A DNA stretch of 62,978 bases, counting the filler, from Stramenopiles sp. TOSAG23-6 (lineage: Eukaryota), in NCBI GenBank assembly GCA_900128565.1. It is 13 parts of 13 records of this genome, joined end to end, with 100 filler letters (N's around TTAATTAATTAA, not from the genome) between each part and the next. Parts side by side here need not be neighbours in the genome. Positions count along the whole stretch, not along the records: positions 52,161 to 58,535 come from LT636707.1; positions 58,636 to 59,646 come from LT639962.1; positions 59,747 to 60,757 come from LT639963.1; positions 60,858 to 61,868 come from LT639964.1; positions 61,969 to 62,978 come from LT639966.1; 8 more parts are not named here. One strand, written 5' to 3'. Each line of letters starts with the position of its first letter. The stretch's first letter is position 1. The position numbers and the translations under genes were made by a program. The notes under the pieces were generated by a model, which had not been told where the DNA came from, did no database searches, and saw nothing but the letters and a program-made list of their open reading frames with translations. This document shows, piece after piece, positions 52,161 to 62,978 of this stretch.

Positions 52161-52514
52161 AGAAAGTATACCACACTAAATACAAATAGAAGGCTTCGTT
52201 GGGAGTCCTTAGTTCCGTCACTTTTCACATGTGTTATAACTGGTGGCTGTGCTGGTGGAGTCGCAGCTGTTGCTACATCACCAATGGATGTTATAAGAAC
52301 ACGACTTCAGGTGAGTGAAGCTGCTAGTAGTAGTGTGTGGAAGGCAGGTAAAGGTGTCTTTTTTGAAGCTGGGATTAAAGGGTTTTGGAAAGGTTGTGGG
52401 GCTAGAATGGCTGGTATGGTGCCTTCAACTGCTCTTTTAATTACAAGCTATGAATTATTGAAACGATTGTGTCTAAAGGATGGATTCGACGATATAATTT
52501 TTAGAGATGATTGA
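52161..52514 (+). CDS. Mitochondrial carrier (SLC25), C-terminal part
   Basis: GGCAGGVAAVATSPMDVIRTRLQ and GIKGFWKG signatures. Confidence 0.88.
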   Translation, partial: RKYTTLNTNRRLRWESLVPSLFTCVITGGCAGGVAAVATSPMDVIRTRLQVSEAASSSVWKAGKGVFFEAGIKGFWKGCGARMAGMVPSTALLITSYELLKRLCLKDGFDDIIFRDD

Positions 52515-52756
52515 TTATTGAATTAAGAACAGTTATTATGAATATTTTATAATATGGTAAATTTTCTATATTATTTTTATATATATATATATCGATTGCT
52601 AAATGGTTAGGGTTAGGGTTGGACCCGCGGGTCAACTTGAAACTATCAAAGAGCCACCACACGAACCATTGACTTCCCCAATTCGAATTATTCCAATAAT
52701 TCTGGTTCCGGACGATTACATTTTGAACTCCAGCAAATAATAATCATACATTCAAA

Positions 52757-53212
52757 ATGGCAGGGAATAGTCAAAAGAAGAGAGCCAAGGGAAATGCTTT
52801 GTTCAAGCAAATATTTTCCATGACTTACCTTATAGTCAATGTCTTGTATATGTATAGTGAAATTTTTAACATTGACTCAACCGTCCATTGGTTGCGCGTT
52901 ATCTTCATTAGTGGTAGTTCCTGCGCATGTTTTTTCTTGACGTACTCTTCTCTGGAGCAATATATTTGGACAGATGCAATCAAAGGTTACACATTTGATT
53001 ATGGGTGTATAGTGCTTTTTGTAGAGTTAACGTCATCATTGTTTTCATCATATTTCTTTTACCTTCTATTGGTTGTTCCTTCTTTTATCATGTACAAGTT
53101 AACTCGTATGTTGCTTAGCTATATTTTTACTCCTACGCAAGAGGAAAAAGCGTTGAACAAAGAACTGACAGATTCACGACACAAAAAGCGACAACGAAAA
53201 TCAAGGCGATAG
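52757..53212 (+). CDS. TMEM208/SND2 family membrane protein
   Basis: MAGNSQKKRAK N-terminus, Y.FD motif, TM helices, basic C-terminus. Confidence 0.75.
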   Translation: MAGNSQKKRAKGNALFKQIFSMTYLIVNVLYMYSEIFNIDSTVHWLRVIFISGSSCACFFLTYSSLEQYIWTDAIKGYTFDYGCIVLFVELTSSLFSSYFFYLLLVVPSFIMYKLTRMLLSYIFTPTQEEKALNKELTDSRHKKRQRKSRR

Positions 53213-53285
53213 TATGCCAGCTATAGTAGAAACTTAAACAAAAATGTTTATTATACAAATCTCAAATAATACAAAAATAAAACAT

Positions 53286-55163
53286 CTAAAAATTTGCAAA
53301 GTCTTCACTTCTTCGTGCCCCGCGAGGACCAGGTATCTGTATGGGATCCTCATACGGAGATCTATATTCATTTGTATCTGCTGCATTTTCCACATGCGAT
53401 GGCATAGCTTTCTTTGCTCTCTCCATTTCAATGTTAGCAGCAGCAGCTTTTGCACGTCTATGGCTTTCTTCTAACTCGGGCAGCCTATCCTCCTCTTTTT
53501 TAGTTGATCTGGCACTAATTCCACCATTGTTTCTTTTCCTCCTCCTTTTCCCTTTCCCAGCAGGACTTTTATCAGGTCCACCACCACCTACTAAATTTTT
53601 AAGTACATTTTCAGCTTTGGACCAATTTTTTGATGACTTAATCTTTGCCATAGTAGTAACTAAGTGATCGCGAGTCTGTTTTGCCTTTATTGCAGAACGT
53701 TTTCGGTCTTCCAATAAAGCCGCTTTTTGTTGAAGCATTTTTTCTGTTCTTTTTCGTTTAGCATCAAGTGCTTGCTGTATTTGCTGTCGCTTAAATTCCG
53801 CAATCCTCTTTTGCCTTTCGACTGTAGCATGACGAGTAGCAATTTCCAAAGTTCTTCTTTCTGATTTGAGTTTATGTGCTCTCATTCTTTCCATTTTAAC
53901 GCGTCTCATTAACTCATCGGCTTCAGCTTGTTTTTCTAATAATCCTTCGACTCGTTCTGCATCTTCACGAATTGCATCCTCTAAAGCCATCTGTCTTCTA
54001 CGATTATTCAATTCCACCAAACGTAATCGTTCTTCGTGTTCTTCTTTCTTTTCAAGCATTAATCTTTTTCGTTTTTCTTCATTTCTTTTTTCACGCATAT
54101 AAAATTCCGCTTTTTTTCTAGCAGCTCGTTCACGATATTTTCTCTGATTCTCACTTTTACGACGCTCCATTAATTCTCGCTTTTTTACTACTTCACGTTT
54201 ACGTAATCTGCGTTGCTCTGCCATATAGCGTTCTCTTTTTTTACTTTGTTCTTCCATCTCCAAAAAACGCCGATGAATGGCGTCCTGTTGATCTTGTAAT
54301 ATAGCTTGTGTCTGTGCCTTATGCATTTTTGCCTTTTCAATGCGTTCTTCTTCCTTCTGAATTGCTTCAATCTTTTGTTGTGCTCGTTTCCGCTTTAGCT
54401 CTTCCTGGAGTTGCTGTTCTTTAACAAAGTGCTCTCTTGCAAGCATTCGTCTTCGCATTTCGTCAGCCTCTTCCTGAGCTTTCTTCTTCAGCTCTTTTTC
54501 GCGTTTTAACTCTTCAGCGTGTTTTTTACGCTTCATTTTAAGTCGTTTTTCTTTTTCCATACGTGCCTTATCACGAAGCATTTTGTTGTGGTGTTCTTCC
54601 TGAATTTGTGCTACTTTCATTTCATATGCGAGCATTTGTTGTATCTCTCTTTGCTGACGAGCTTGCATTTTCTTGACGCGTTCTTGTTCTATCTGAATCA
54701 TCTTTGACTTTTCTTTCTTAGCTTTTAGACGAATCATTCTCATCGCATCAGTTTCTTCCTCATCACTGTCACTCATACTACCACCCATTGCATTTGCCAC
54801 CTTCTTCCATTCAGCTCTTGCTATATCCATGTAGTCGTGCCGTTGATTAGAAAAAGATTCATGCCTCATTCTCTGAACTGCAGGATCAATTCCTGGACTC
54901 CAAAAACAATCAAAGTCACGAACTTTTAGTAGCTGTGGATCAATACCTTGGACAAGGCAAGCTTGTGCAGATCGTGGAGTTAGGAGTAAACGTGGTGGAG
55001 GTTTTCGATTAGGGTCATGAGCCTTCCATTCTGAAACTGTTTGAAACAAGTCTTCAATGTTGAGTCTCTTTCGTGTTTTACGAATTGATTTTCGAGGTTT
55101 TCCAGACAGCTTACTGCGTTCCTGCTCCCATGCTTCATCTTCTTCACTCTCTTTATCAGCCAT
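53286..55163 (-). CDS. Long E/K/R-rich coiled-coil protein
   Basis: 625 aa ORF with TPRS..AC...GIDP..L motif; no intron. Confidence 0.75.
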   Translation of the reverse strand: MADKESEEDEAWEQERSKLSGKPRKSIRKTRKRLNIEDLFQTVSEWKAHDPNRKPPPRLLLTPRSAQACLVQGIDPQLLKVRDFDCFWSPGIDPAVQRMRHESFSNQRHDYMDIARAEWKKVANAMGGSMSDSDEEETDAMRMIRLKAKKEKSKMIQIEQERVKKMQARQQREIQQMLAYEMKVAQIQEEHHNKMLRDKARMEKEKRLKMKRKKHAEELKREKELKKKAQEEADEMRRRMLAREHFVKEQQLQEELKRKRAQQKIEAIQKEEERIEKAKMHKAQTQAILQDQQDAIHRRFLEMEEQSKKRERYMAEQRRLRKREVVKKRELMERRKSENQRKYRERAARKKAEFYMREKRNEEKRKRLMLEKKEEHEERLRLVELNNRRRQMALEDAIREDAERVEGLLEKQAEADELMRRVKMERMRAHKLKSERRTLEIATRHATVERQKRIAEFKRQQIQQALDAKRKRTEKMLQQKAALLEDRKRSAIKAKQTRDHLVTTMAKIKSSKNWSKAENVLKNLVGGGGPDKSPAGKGKRRRKRNNGGISARSTKKEEDRLPELEESHRRAKAAAANIEMERAKKAMPSHVENAADTNEYRSPYEDPIQIPGPRGARRSEDFANF

Positions 55164-55469
55164 TGCTAAAGTTTATACAATGTAGAATTGCCGTGGATGT
55201 ACCAATTGAAATTACTTACACACACAGTGTGACTAATACAACTACTGATGTTTTTTTCAAGTATCTTTCTTAGTCAAGTGAAACGGTAATAATCGTTACC
55301 CGGTAATAATAAATTCGGGCTAAAAAATTGTTCTAATTATTCTTTTTATTAAAGAGGTTTATAATATATAAATCCCACTATAGTTTTGCATCATCAACAC
55401 AAAGTTTAACCCACAAAGAAAAAACTAAGAAATATCGAAGTTGTTATCTGAAAAAAAAACTTCTTAGGT

Positions 55470-57314
55470 TTAGGGCCTGTGTTTTCTTATTTTCATAATT
55501 TTACCAATACCAATAGTCTTCCCCTCGTCTCTCAATGTAAATCGACCCAGTTGTGGACATTTTGCAAATGTTTCAATCGCAATACTTTGTTTCAATGAAA
55601 TTTTGCACTTAATAACAGATTTAGACTTCACAAACATTGGCTTTCTTTTTGAGAATTTTTTAACTTTTAAATCCATTTCGCTCAATAATTCTTCAAAGGT
55701 ACACTCTTCCGAAACAGTATGACAGTGAAGGATGCACTCATAACCTGATGTGATTAATTTACGATGTTCCAATAATTCCAACACTTCAATAATTGCAATA
55801 AACTCGCGGCATGCTGGGGTAGGATCTTCAACAGAACTCAAAACAAAACCCTTATGAACATCATTATCAGCAACACCCTTAAGTTTAACACGGACATTCT
55901 CTCCAGGTTTTGCAACATTACATTCCTTCATTACTTCACCACCATCGTCGACATACAACGAAATCACTTGAGTTTTTATGTTCATTGGCATAAGCATTAA
56001 GTCCATGCCACGCTTTAGTGTGCCACTTTCTATTTTACCCATTGCAATAACACCACGATCAAACATTTTGCCAAGAATTGGCATACGAAGACTTGCTTTT
56101 GGATCACGATTTGAAACTGGAATTTTATCCAATAATTCGATCAAAGAAGGTCCACGATACCAAGGACATGTTTCTGCAGTCGCACGATCTTTCAAATTTT
56201 CTCCTGTCATGCCTGAGATAGGAACCCATTGAACATCACGCTTGAGACGAAATCCACATGAGTGTCTTAAAAATGGTTTCATTTTGGTTTGAATTTCTTC
56301 ATATCGCGCTTTACTCCATTTAACAGTTTTTTCATCCATCTTATTAATTACAACAATAAGTTTATCAATACCTAATGTCTTTGCAAGCATAGCGTGTTCA
56401 CGTGTTTGCCCAGCGCCATCAAAACCAGCCTCAAACTCACCACGACGAGCGGAAATGACAAGAATACCAACATCGGCCTGTGAAGCACCTTGAATCATAT
56501 TTGGGACATAATTTTTATGGCCTGGGGCATCGAGAATAGTAAATCGCTTATTTTCAGTCTCAAATGAAGCACGACCAACTTCGACAGTCTTACCTTTTGC
56601 TCTTTCTTCCTCGTTTGTATCCATGATGAAGGCTAGAAACCAAGAATCACGATTTCGTTCTTTTGCTTCCCGTGTGAATTTGTCAATTACACGTTTATCC
56701 ACCATACCTGTTTGGTATAATACGTTACCTGATATTGTACTTTTGCCAGCATCAACGTGGCCTATGAAGACAACGTTGAGGTGGTCACGAGGGTCTGAAT
56801 CGTCTTCAATGATGATTTCTTTACGTACAGGTGTAGCTTTCTCTTTCTTTTTTTTCGCAATTTTAACATCCTTCATTGTAGAGGTAACTTTGTCTACTTT
56901 ACTTGGTGAAGGTGCTACGGGAGGAGATACATTGGTGGCAACCTTACTCTTGGGAGTAGGTTTTGGCGCAGCAGGTTTTGGTGCAGCAGCCTCGCCGGTG
57001 GGAGTAGGTTTTGGCACTGCAGGTTTTGGTGCAACAGGTTCTCCTCTCTTTAAAATTTTCGGTGGAGAATGTGTACTTTGCTGCTGAGGCTGTTGATATT
57101 GCTGTTGATAGGCATAGTTTGCTTGTTGACCATACTGCTGTTGATAGTGGCCACCGTAACCACCGTTCTGGTCATACTGTTGGTTACCTTGTTGTTGATT
57201 GTAATATTGCTGCTGTTGCTGCTGGTAGTACGCCTGTTGAGCGTAGTACTGTTGCATTTGCTCTGGTGTGTATTGTTGGCTAGCATCTGCTTGATCTTCC
57301 CAAGAATCTGCCAT
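55470..57314 (-). CDS. eRF3: Eukaryotic release factor 3 (Sup35/GSPT)
   Basis: HLNVVFIGHVDAGKST, RAKGKTVEVGRA, LDAPGHKNYVPNM, NKMD, GRFTLRDEGKT; Q/Y-rich N-terminus; no intron. Confidence 0.95.
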   Translation of the reverse strand: MADSWEDQADASQQYTPEQMQQYYAQQAYYQQQQQQYYNQQQGNQQYDQNGGYGGHYQQQYGQQANYAYQQQYQQPQQQSTHSPPKILKRGEPVAPKPAVPKPTPTGEAAAPKPAAPKPTPKSKVATNVSPPVAPSPSKVDKVTSTMKDVKIAKKKKEKATPVRKEIIIEDDSDPRDHLNVVFIGHVDAGKSTISGNVLYQTGMVDKRVIDKFTREAKERNRDSWFLAFIMDTNEEERAKGKTVEVGRASFETENKRFTILDAPGHKNYVPNMIQGASQADVGILVISARRGEFEAGFDGAGQTREHAMLAKTLGIDKLIVVINKMDEKTVKWSKARYEEIQTKMKPFLRHSCGFRLKRDVQWVPISGMTGENLKDRATAETCPWYRGPSLIELLDKIPVSNRDPKASLRMPILGKMFDRGVIAMGKIESGTLKRGMDLMLMPMNIKTQVISLYVDDGGEVMKECNVAKPGENVRVKLKGVADNDVHKGFVLSSVEDPTPACREFIAIIEVLELLEHRKLITSGYECILHCHTVSEECTFEELLSEMDLKVKKFSKRKPMFVKSKSVIKCKISLKQSIAIETFAKCPQLGRFTLRDEGKTIGIGKIMKIRKHRP

Positions 57315-57682
57315 TATTTAAGCACGTTCCGCGCGATAGGGAATAGCTAATTGCTTATTAAAGCTACGCTTGATCCTCGTCACTGGTGGTCGTGTCCAAA
57401 AACCAGGTCCTGACTGGCTATTATTATTTTTCGGCCACGTGTATATATAGGCTAGGGTTAGGGCTTAAAAATTGAGGAGCAGGTCATCTCGATGTCATGT
57501 CAATCATCATTCACACACACACACATCATTTGATTGGACGAGATCCCGATCGAGATCATCATTGCTCTCCTTTTGAAGTCGCCAGCAGACGACTTGAGAG
57601 AGAAGACGACAATCTATTTTGAATGAACTAGGGGCATACTTTGCTACAATATACAATTTGAGTTACTAGAAGACACAAACAT

Positions 57683-58478
57683 ATGCCATATGATTCAGAT
57701 GTTGATGCTGCGTGGCAGAAAGTGTGGACTCACGCTAAAAGTGGTTTAAACAGTAATGTGGCAATCCCTTCATTTGACGATATCAAGTGTCTCTACTCTG
57801 CAGGTCTTCAAAACTTGGTGATATCAACATACTCTGAAAACTTGAAAGAGCTTCTCCGATCTCGTGTAGTTCCAGATTTCTGGGCGCATTTCGATGCATT
57901 TGAACAATTGCGATGTGAGCCAAACAATGATGAAGAAGGGTATGAAAATGGCTATAGTGAATCTTGTGTGTTTGAAACTGAACGAGCCCTTCCAGTGGCT
58001 ATTAAATTTGCGTATAATTGGTTTTTGCGAATGAAATACATATCTGATCTACTCACGTCGCAAAATTGTACTTCTGCGAAAAATTCTAATTTACAATCAA
58101 CTTTAGACCAAAAATTTTCTCTTTTATTTCGTGAAATACTTTTTCATTTGAAAATACGTGCTTTTCATGAAATTATATATTTATATTTTTCAAAGCAATT
58201 AATGTATCATGATAAATCTTTATCGAATCAGAAAACCCACAACAATAATGATTGGATGGATGAATATGTTGCACATCTTGACGAGACACGTGTCGAAAAT
58301 AGAGATATTAATGCTTTTCAAAAATCGGATTTTGTACAGTCAAAAGAAACTTTTCCAATAGTTTGTTTTCATATACGAGAAATGGGTTGGTTAGACATTG
58401 TGGAAGGGCCTTTAATGGATACTATATTTGAGTTGACAGAGACGAGGATTTTACAACCTTGTTTAGATTCTGGCTATT
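57683..58478 (+). CDS. Anaphase-promoting complex subunit 2-like, N-terminal part
   Basis: Y...L...LR..VVP.FW..F motif; family intron starts at 58479. Confidence 0.6.
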
Positions 58479-58637
58479 GTATGTTTTATTTTTTTTCAAA
58501 TTCGATTTTTTTTTCGTACGAAATTTTGTACCTAANNNNNNNNNNNNNNNNNNNNNNNNNNNNNNNNNNNNNNNNNNNNTTAATTAATTAANNNNNNNNN
58601 NNNNNNNNNNNNNNNNNNNNNNNNNNNNNNNNNNNCT

Positions 58638-59646
58638 GCAGAGTTAGGTCGTACGTCAAATGGCTCAGATATATACATTTCTGAGGTATTTGGCCGTTTT
58701 TTGGCTGATGTATTTGGGCGTTTTTTTACTGATGTATTTGGTCGTTTTTTAACAGAGGTATTTGGTCGTGTTTTGAAAGCACGTGTTATTTTTTATAAAA
58801 AGCGGGCAGTATGTGGTTGGGGAGAAAATAGACATGGTGAGATTGGTAACGGTGAAACATATAGGTATCTGAATAAGGAAGGAACTGAAGTTCGGCGTCC
58901 TCCTTCAATGCCTTGCTGGACTATAGGAACAGGTGACGGATATGGCGAGCATTTTGTAACAGAAATTGCTTGTGGCGATTTCTTTTGTGTTGCCTTGACA
59001 AGAAAAGGAAAGGTTTTAGCGTGGGGTCTGGGTAAAGACGGTCGATTAGGGCAAGCAGGTCGATTGCGTGCCCTTCGTGAGGGTGGAGAAACAGATGCTG
59101 AGATAGCAGAGAGGGAAGCAGCGACGTTACGTGAAGAGATTGTATCAGAAATATTACCTAAACTATTAGCTGAACGTGTCTCAGATTTGCGACGCCGCCT
59201 CGCCTCGCGAGGATTAGATAGAACAGGAAAAAAAAATGAAATTGCAGAAAGACTTGCGCAGGCAATTGCAAAACAAACAGTTGATGTTGATCAAAATAGT
59301 ACATCATCATCAGAGAAGCCTCGTCCAGTGACAGTTACAGCTCAACCTCATTCGGCTGGGCACAATACCACAAAAGTTAGAGGTGTTGGGACTCGTCGAA
59401 GAAAAACGCAGGATGATGATTCATTTTGGCAACCAGTTGAAATAGCATTTTCTGGTAAAGTTCATTCTATTTATGCTGGTTTGAATTTCGCTGGAGCTCT
59501 TGCTGATTTGGAAATTGAAGAAGTTAAATTAGATGATACCGGAAAACCTGTAATAAATCAATTATCCGGTGAAGAAGTGTTGCAGAAAGTAATAAGAGTT
59601 GTCCCTTGGACTTGGGGATGTAGTAAAAAAGGACAACTAGGTCACG
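58638..59646 (+). CDS. RCC1-repeat plus SAP-domain protein fragment
   Basis: GWGEN.HGEIG, IACGDFF..ALT..GKV.AWG....GRLG; VSDLRRRLASRGL..TGKKNEIAERL (SAP). Confidence 0.8.
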
Positions 59647-59868
59647 NNNNNNNNNNNNNNNNNNNNNNNNNNNNNNNNNNNNNNNNNNNNTTAATTAATT
59701 AANNNNNNNNNNNNNNNNNNNNNNNNNNNNNNNNNNNNNNNNNNNNTAACTACAAGAACTACAAAAGTATATTATTCTTAATAATGTGTTTTCATTACAT
59801 ATGAAAGATCAATATTAAGCAGTGGTAGTATATACACAAAAGAAGTGAAATCTCCATTTTCATTGTGG

Positions 59869-60609
59869 ATGGAAGACGAGGAGTCACAAATAGACGAAAT
59901 ATCTGCAATTTCTGCAATATTTGGACAACAAAATGTGAACATTGTACAAAATACACCTCCACGTAGTATTATTATTACTATTGAGTCCCCTTTTGATTCT
60001 TGTCAACTATGTTTATCTCTTGAAATGATCTTACCGACAAATTATCCATCTCGTGAAGCACCAATTTGTAGTGTTTCCGTAGTGTCAGGATGTCATGACT
60101 CATCACTTGTATCGTTTGCCCATACTGCTCCGGAACAATTATTCAAGTTATTTGAACCAGGATCAGTCGCTATGTTTGATTATTGTACATATTTAAGAGA
60201 CAATTGGCCATCAATAAAAGTCAGTAAAAAGAATTTCAATCCAATAAATCCAATAAATCCAATAAGCAGCAACAACACTGAAATCGAGTTCTCATTAGAA
60301 ACAAAAGCTAATCCGAACGCTAACCCAAAATATCCAAAATGTACAAGTAAAACACACACTGCCATGGATTCACATTATAATAATGATAATAATGATAATA
60401 ATGGTAATGATATGGCTAATGGCTTTGAAAAAATAAAAAATAGTCAATCACAAAAATCAAAAAAAAAATGGAATTTTTTTTCTGGTCAAATTGTGAAAGT
60501 AAAAAAAAGTAAATTTCAAGCTCACTGTGTTAAAGTCAATTCATGTGATGATGTGAAAAATGCAATGGATAGTTTATTGAGTCATAAAAAAATATCACGT
60601 GCAACACAT
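59869..60609 (+). CDS. IMPACT/Yih1 (RWD + UPF0029), 3'-partial
   Basis: EISAISAIF and LPTNYPS (RWD); KKSKFQAH...KISRATH; family intron starts at 60610. Confidence 0.85.
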
Positions 60610-60979
60610 GTATGTTTTTTTTTTTTTTTTATGAATTTTTTTTCGTACGTAATTTCGTACCTAACAAATTTTAACACATTTTTTTTTTTTTTTTTTTTTT
60701 TTGTATGAATTTTTTTTCGTACGTAATTTTGTACCTAACAAATTTTAGTTTTTTTTTNNNNNNNNNNNNNNNNNNNNNNNNNNNNNNNNNNNNNNNNNNN
60801 NTTAATTAATTAANNNNNNNNNNNNNNNNNNNNNNNNNNNNNNNNNNNNNNNNNNNNTAACTACAAGAACTACAAAAGTATATTATTCTTAATAATGTGT
60901 TTTCATTACATATGAAAGATCAATATTAAGCAGTGGTAGTATATACACAAAAGAAGTGAAATCTCCATTTTCATTGTGG

Positions 60980-61720
60980 ATGGAAGACGAGGAGTCACAA
61001 ATAGACGAAATATCTGCAATTTCTGCAATATTTGGACAACAAAATGTGAACATTGTACAAAATACACCTCCACGTAGTATTATTATTACTATTGAGTCCC
61101 CTTTTGATTCTTGTCAACTATGTTTATCTCTTGAAATGATCTTACCGACAAATTATCCATCTCGTGAAGCACCAATTTGTAGTGTTTCCGTAGTGTCAGG
61201 ATGTCATGACTCATCACTTGTATCGTTTGCCCATACTGCTCCGGAACAATTATTCAAGTTATTTGAACCAGGATCAGTCGCTATGTTTGATTATTGTACA
61301 TATTTAAGAGACAATTGGCCATCAATAAAAGTCAGTAAAAAGAATTTCAATCCAATAAATCCAATAAATCCAATAAGCAGCAACAACACTGAAATCGAGT
61401 TCTCATTAGAAACAAAAGCTAATCCGAACGCTAACCCAAAATATCCAAAATGTACAAGTAAAACACACACTGCCATGGATTCACATTATAATAATGATAA
61501 TAATGATAATAATGGTAATGATATGGCTAATGGCTTTGAAAAAATAAAAAATAGTCAATCACAAAAATCAAAAAAAAAATGGAATTTTTTTTCTGGTCAA
61601 ATTGTGAAAGTAAAAAAAAGTAAATTTCAAGCTCACTGTGTTAAAGTCAATTCATGTGATGATGTGAAAAATGCAATGGATAGTTTATTGAGTCATAAAA
61701 AAATATCACGTGCAACACAT
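60980..61720 (+). CDS. Identical duplicate of the IMPACT contig (likely redundant contig)
   Basis: 60858-61868 appears identical to 59747-60757. Confidence 0.7.
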
Positions 61721-62049
61721 GTATGTTTTTTTTTTTTTTTTATGAATTTTTTTTCGTACGTAATTTCGTACCTAACAAATTTTAACACATTTTTTTTTTT
61801 TTTTTTTTTTTTTGTATGAATTTTTTTTCGTACGTAATTTTGTACCTAACAAATTTTAGTTTTTTTTTNNNNNNNNNNNNNNNNNNNNNNNNNNNNNNNN
61901 NNNNNNNNNNNNTTAATTAATTAANNNNNNNNNNNNNNNNNNNNNNNNNNNNNNNNNNNNNNNNNNNNTTTTTTTTTTTTTTTTTTTTTGGTTTTTATAA
62001 AAATTTTGTACCTAACAAATTTCCAATTTAATTTTTTTTACAATACATG

Positions 62050-62855
62050 CAAGTATAGTTTTACAATGTTATTATGTAATTTTGTGTAAATTGAATTCAA
62101 ATAGAAAAGATAACAGTCTTATTCGATATGCAGTAACACGAAATATACAAATGAAAACATTAATTGCATGTACGTTTTTTTTTTTTTTTTGAAATTTTTT
62201 AATTTTTTTTTTCATACGAAATTTTGTACCTAACAAAAAAAAAAAAAAATTACAAAAAAAAATATTTTTTCATAATACATGGGTAAATATGTCAACCGAA
62301 GAATTTCAAAAAGTAAATGAAAAATGTTCAAATATTGAGGAAATGGTCCAAGAAACAACTCATTTAACTGATTTAAGTCAAAATGTTTCAACTAAAACTC
62401 AAATAACACCAAATATGGAAGCAATTGTTCAATCCAGTTTACAAATAATTCTCTATTATACAAAATGGTACAAAGAAAACCCACAAATTCAGAATGATGA
62501 AAATTTAATATCTAAAGAATCTCGATGCATGTATGTTTTTTTTTTTGAAATTTTGAATTGTAAAAAAAAAAAAAAAAAAAAAAATTTTCCAAAAAAAAAA
62601 AAAAAAAAAAAAAAATTCTTACAATAATTTTTTTTTTTTTTTTAAATTTTTAATTTTAAAAAAAAAAAAAAAAAAAAAAATTGTCCAACAATTTTTTTTT
62701 TTTTGAATATTTTCCAAAAAAACAGGATATCTACAGGTAGAATATTAGAGCTATCGACACCAGAGACATTTATCATTAAAATACTAAAGTCAACAATGAA
62801 TAAGGAAATTCGGTTTCATGTTGTACAATTTTATTTATTAATAGATTTACCAAAA
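62050..62855 (+). CDS. Internal exons of an unknown gene; introns 62170-62280 (GT-AT), 62531-62725 (GT-AG)
   Basis: Open exons bounded by family introns. Confidence 0.5.
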
Positions 62856-62978
62856 GTATGTTTAAAACCCTAACCCTAATGAATGAATTCTATGAAATTC
62901 ATATTTTTTTTCCAAAAAAAAAAAAAAAAAAATTCAAACGAAATGTTGTACCTAAACTAAAAAACTAAAAAATAAAAA

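Noticed and set aside
77-57314. Alternative genetic code as the cause of broken ORFs
   Set aside because: Intronless genes translate cleanly with TAA/TAG/TGA stops; breaks coincide with family introns
59747-61868. Apparent tandem duplication of IMPACT
   Set aside because: Two identical contigs with identical ends separated by a linker; redundancy artefact

Overview
AT-rich eukaryotic DNA made of 13 short contigs (nine of ~6.4 kb, four of ~1 kb) joined by artificial N-TTAATTAATTAA-N linkers, so it is not one locus. A stramenopile-type protist is inferred from gene content. It holds ~30 ordinary housekeeping or unknown genes (RPS18, eRF3, DDX54, two HECT ligases, kinases, SLC12, bestrophin-like, APC2, IMPACT, CutC, TMEM208) and a 5S rRNA. 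The main signal is an intron system with non-canonical 3' ends. I reconstructed ~41 complete introns by hand from reading-frame and protein-motif continuity. Nearly all belong to one repeated ~85-185 nt family: GTAYGTTTT...TTTCGTACGAAATTTTGTACCTAAC...GAAATATTTTTC-CAATACAT. About 34 end in AT rather than AG; the rest end in AG (3), TT (2), AA (1) and TG (1), and two appear to start with AT. The family has short terminal inverted repeats and often a duplicated flanking dinucleotide, as expected of a transposon-derived introner. The sequence-unrelated RPS18 intron also appears to be GT-AT, hinting at an organism-wide change in 3' splice-site recognition. Telomere-type (TTAGGG)2-4 tracts are scattered through intergenic DNA, introns and coding exons. 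All splice calls are inferred; no RNA data were available.
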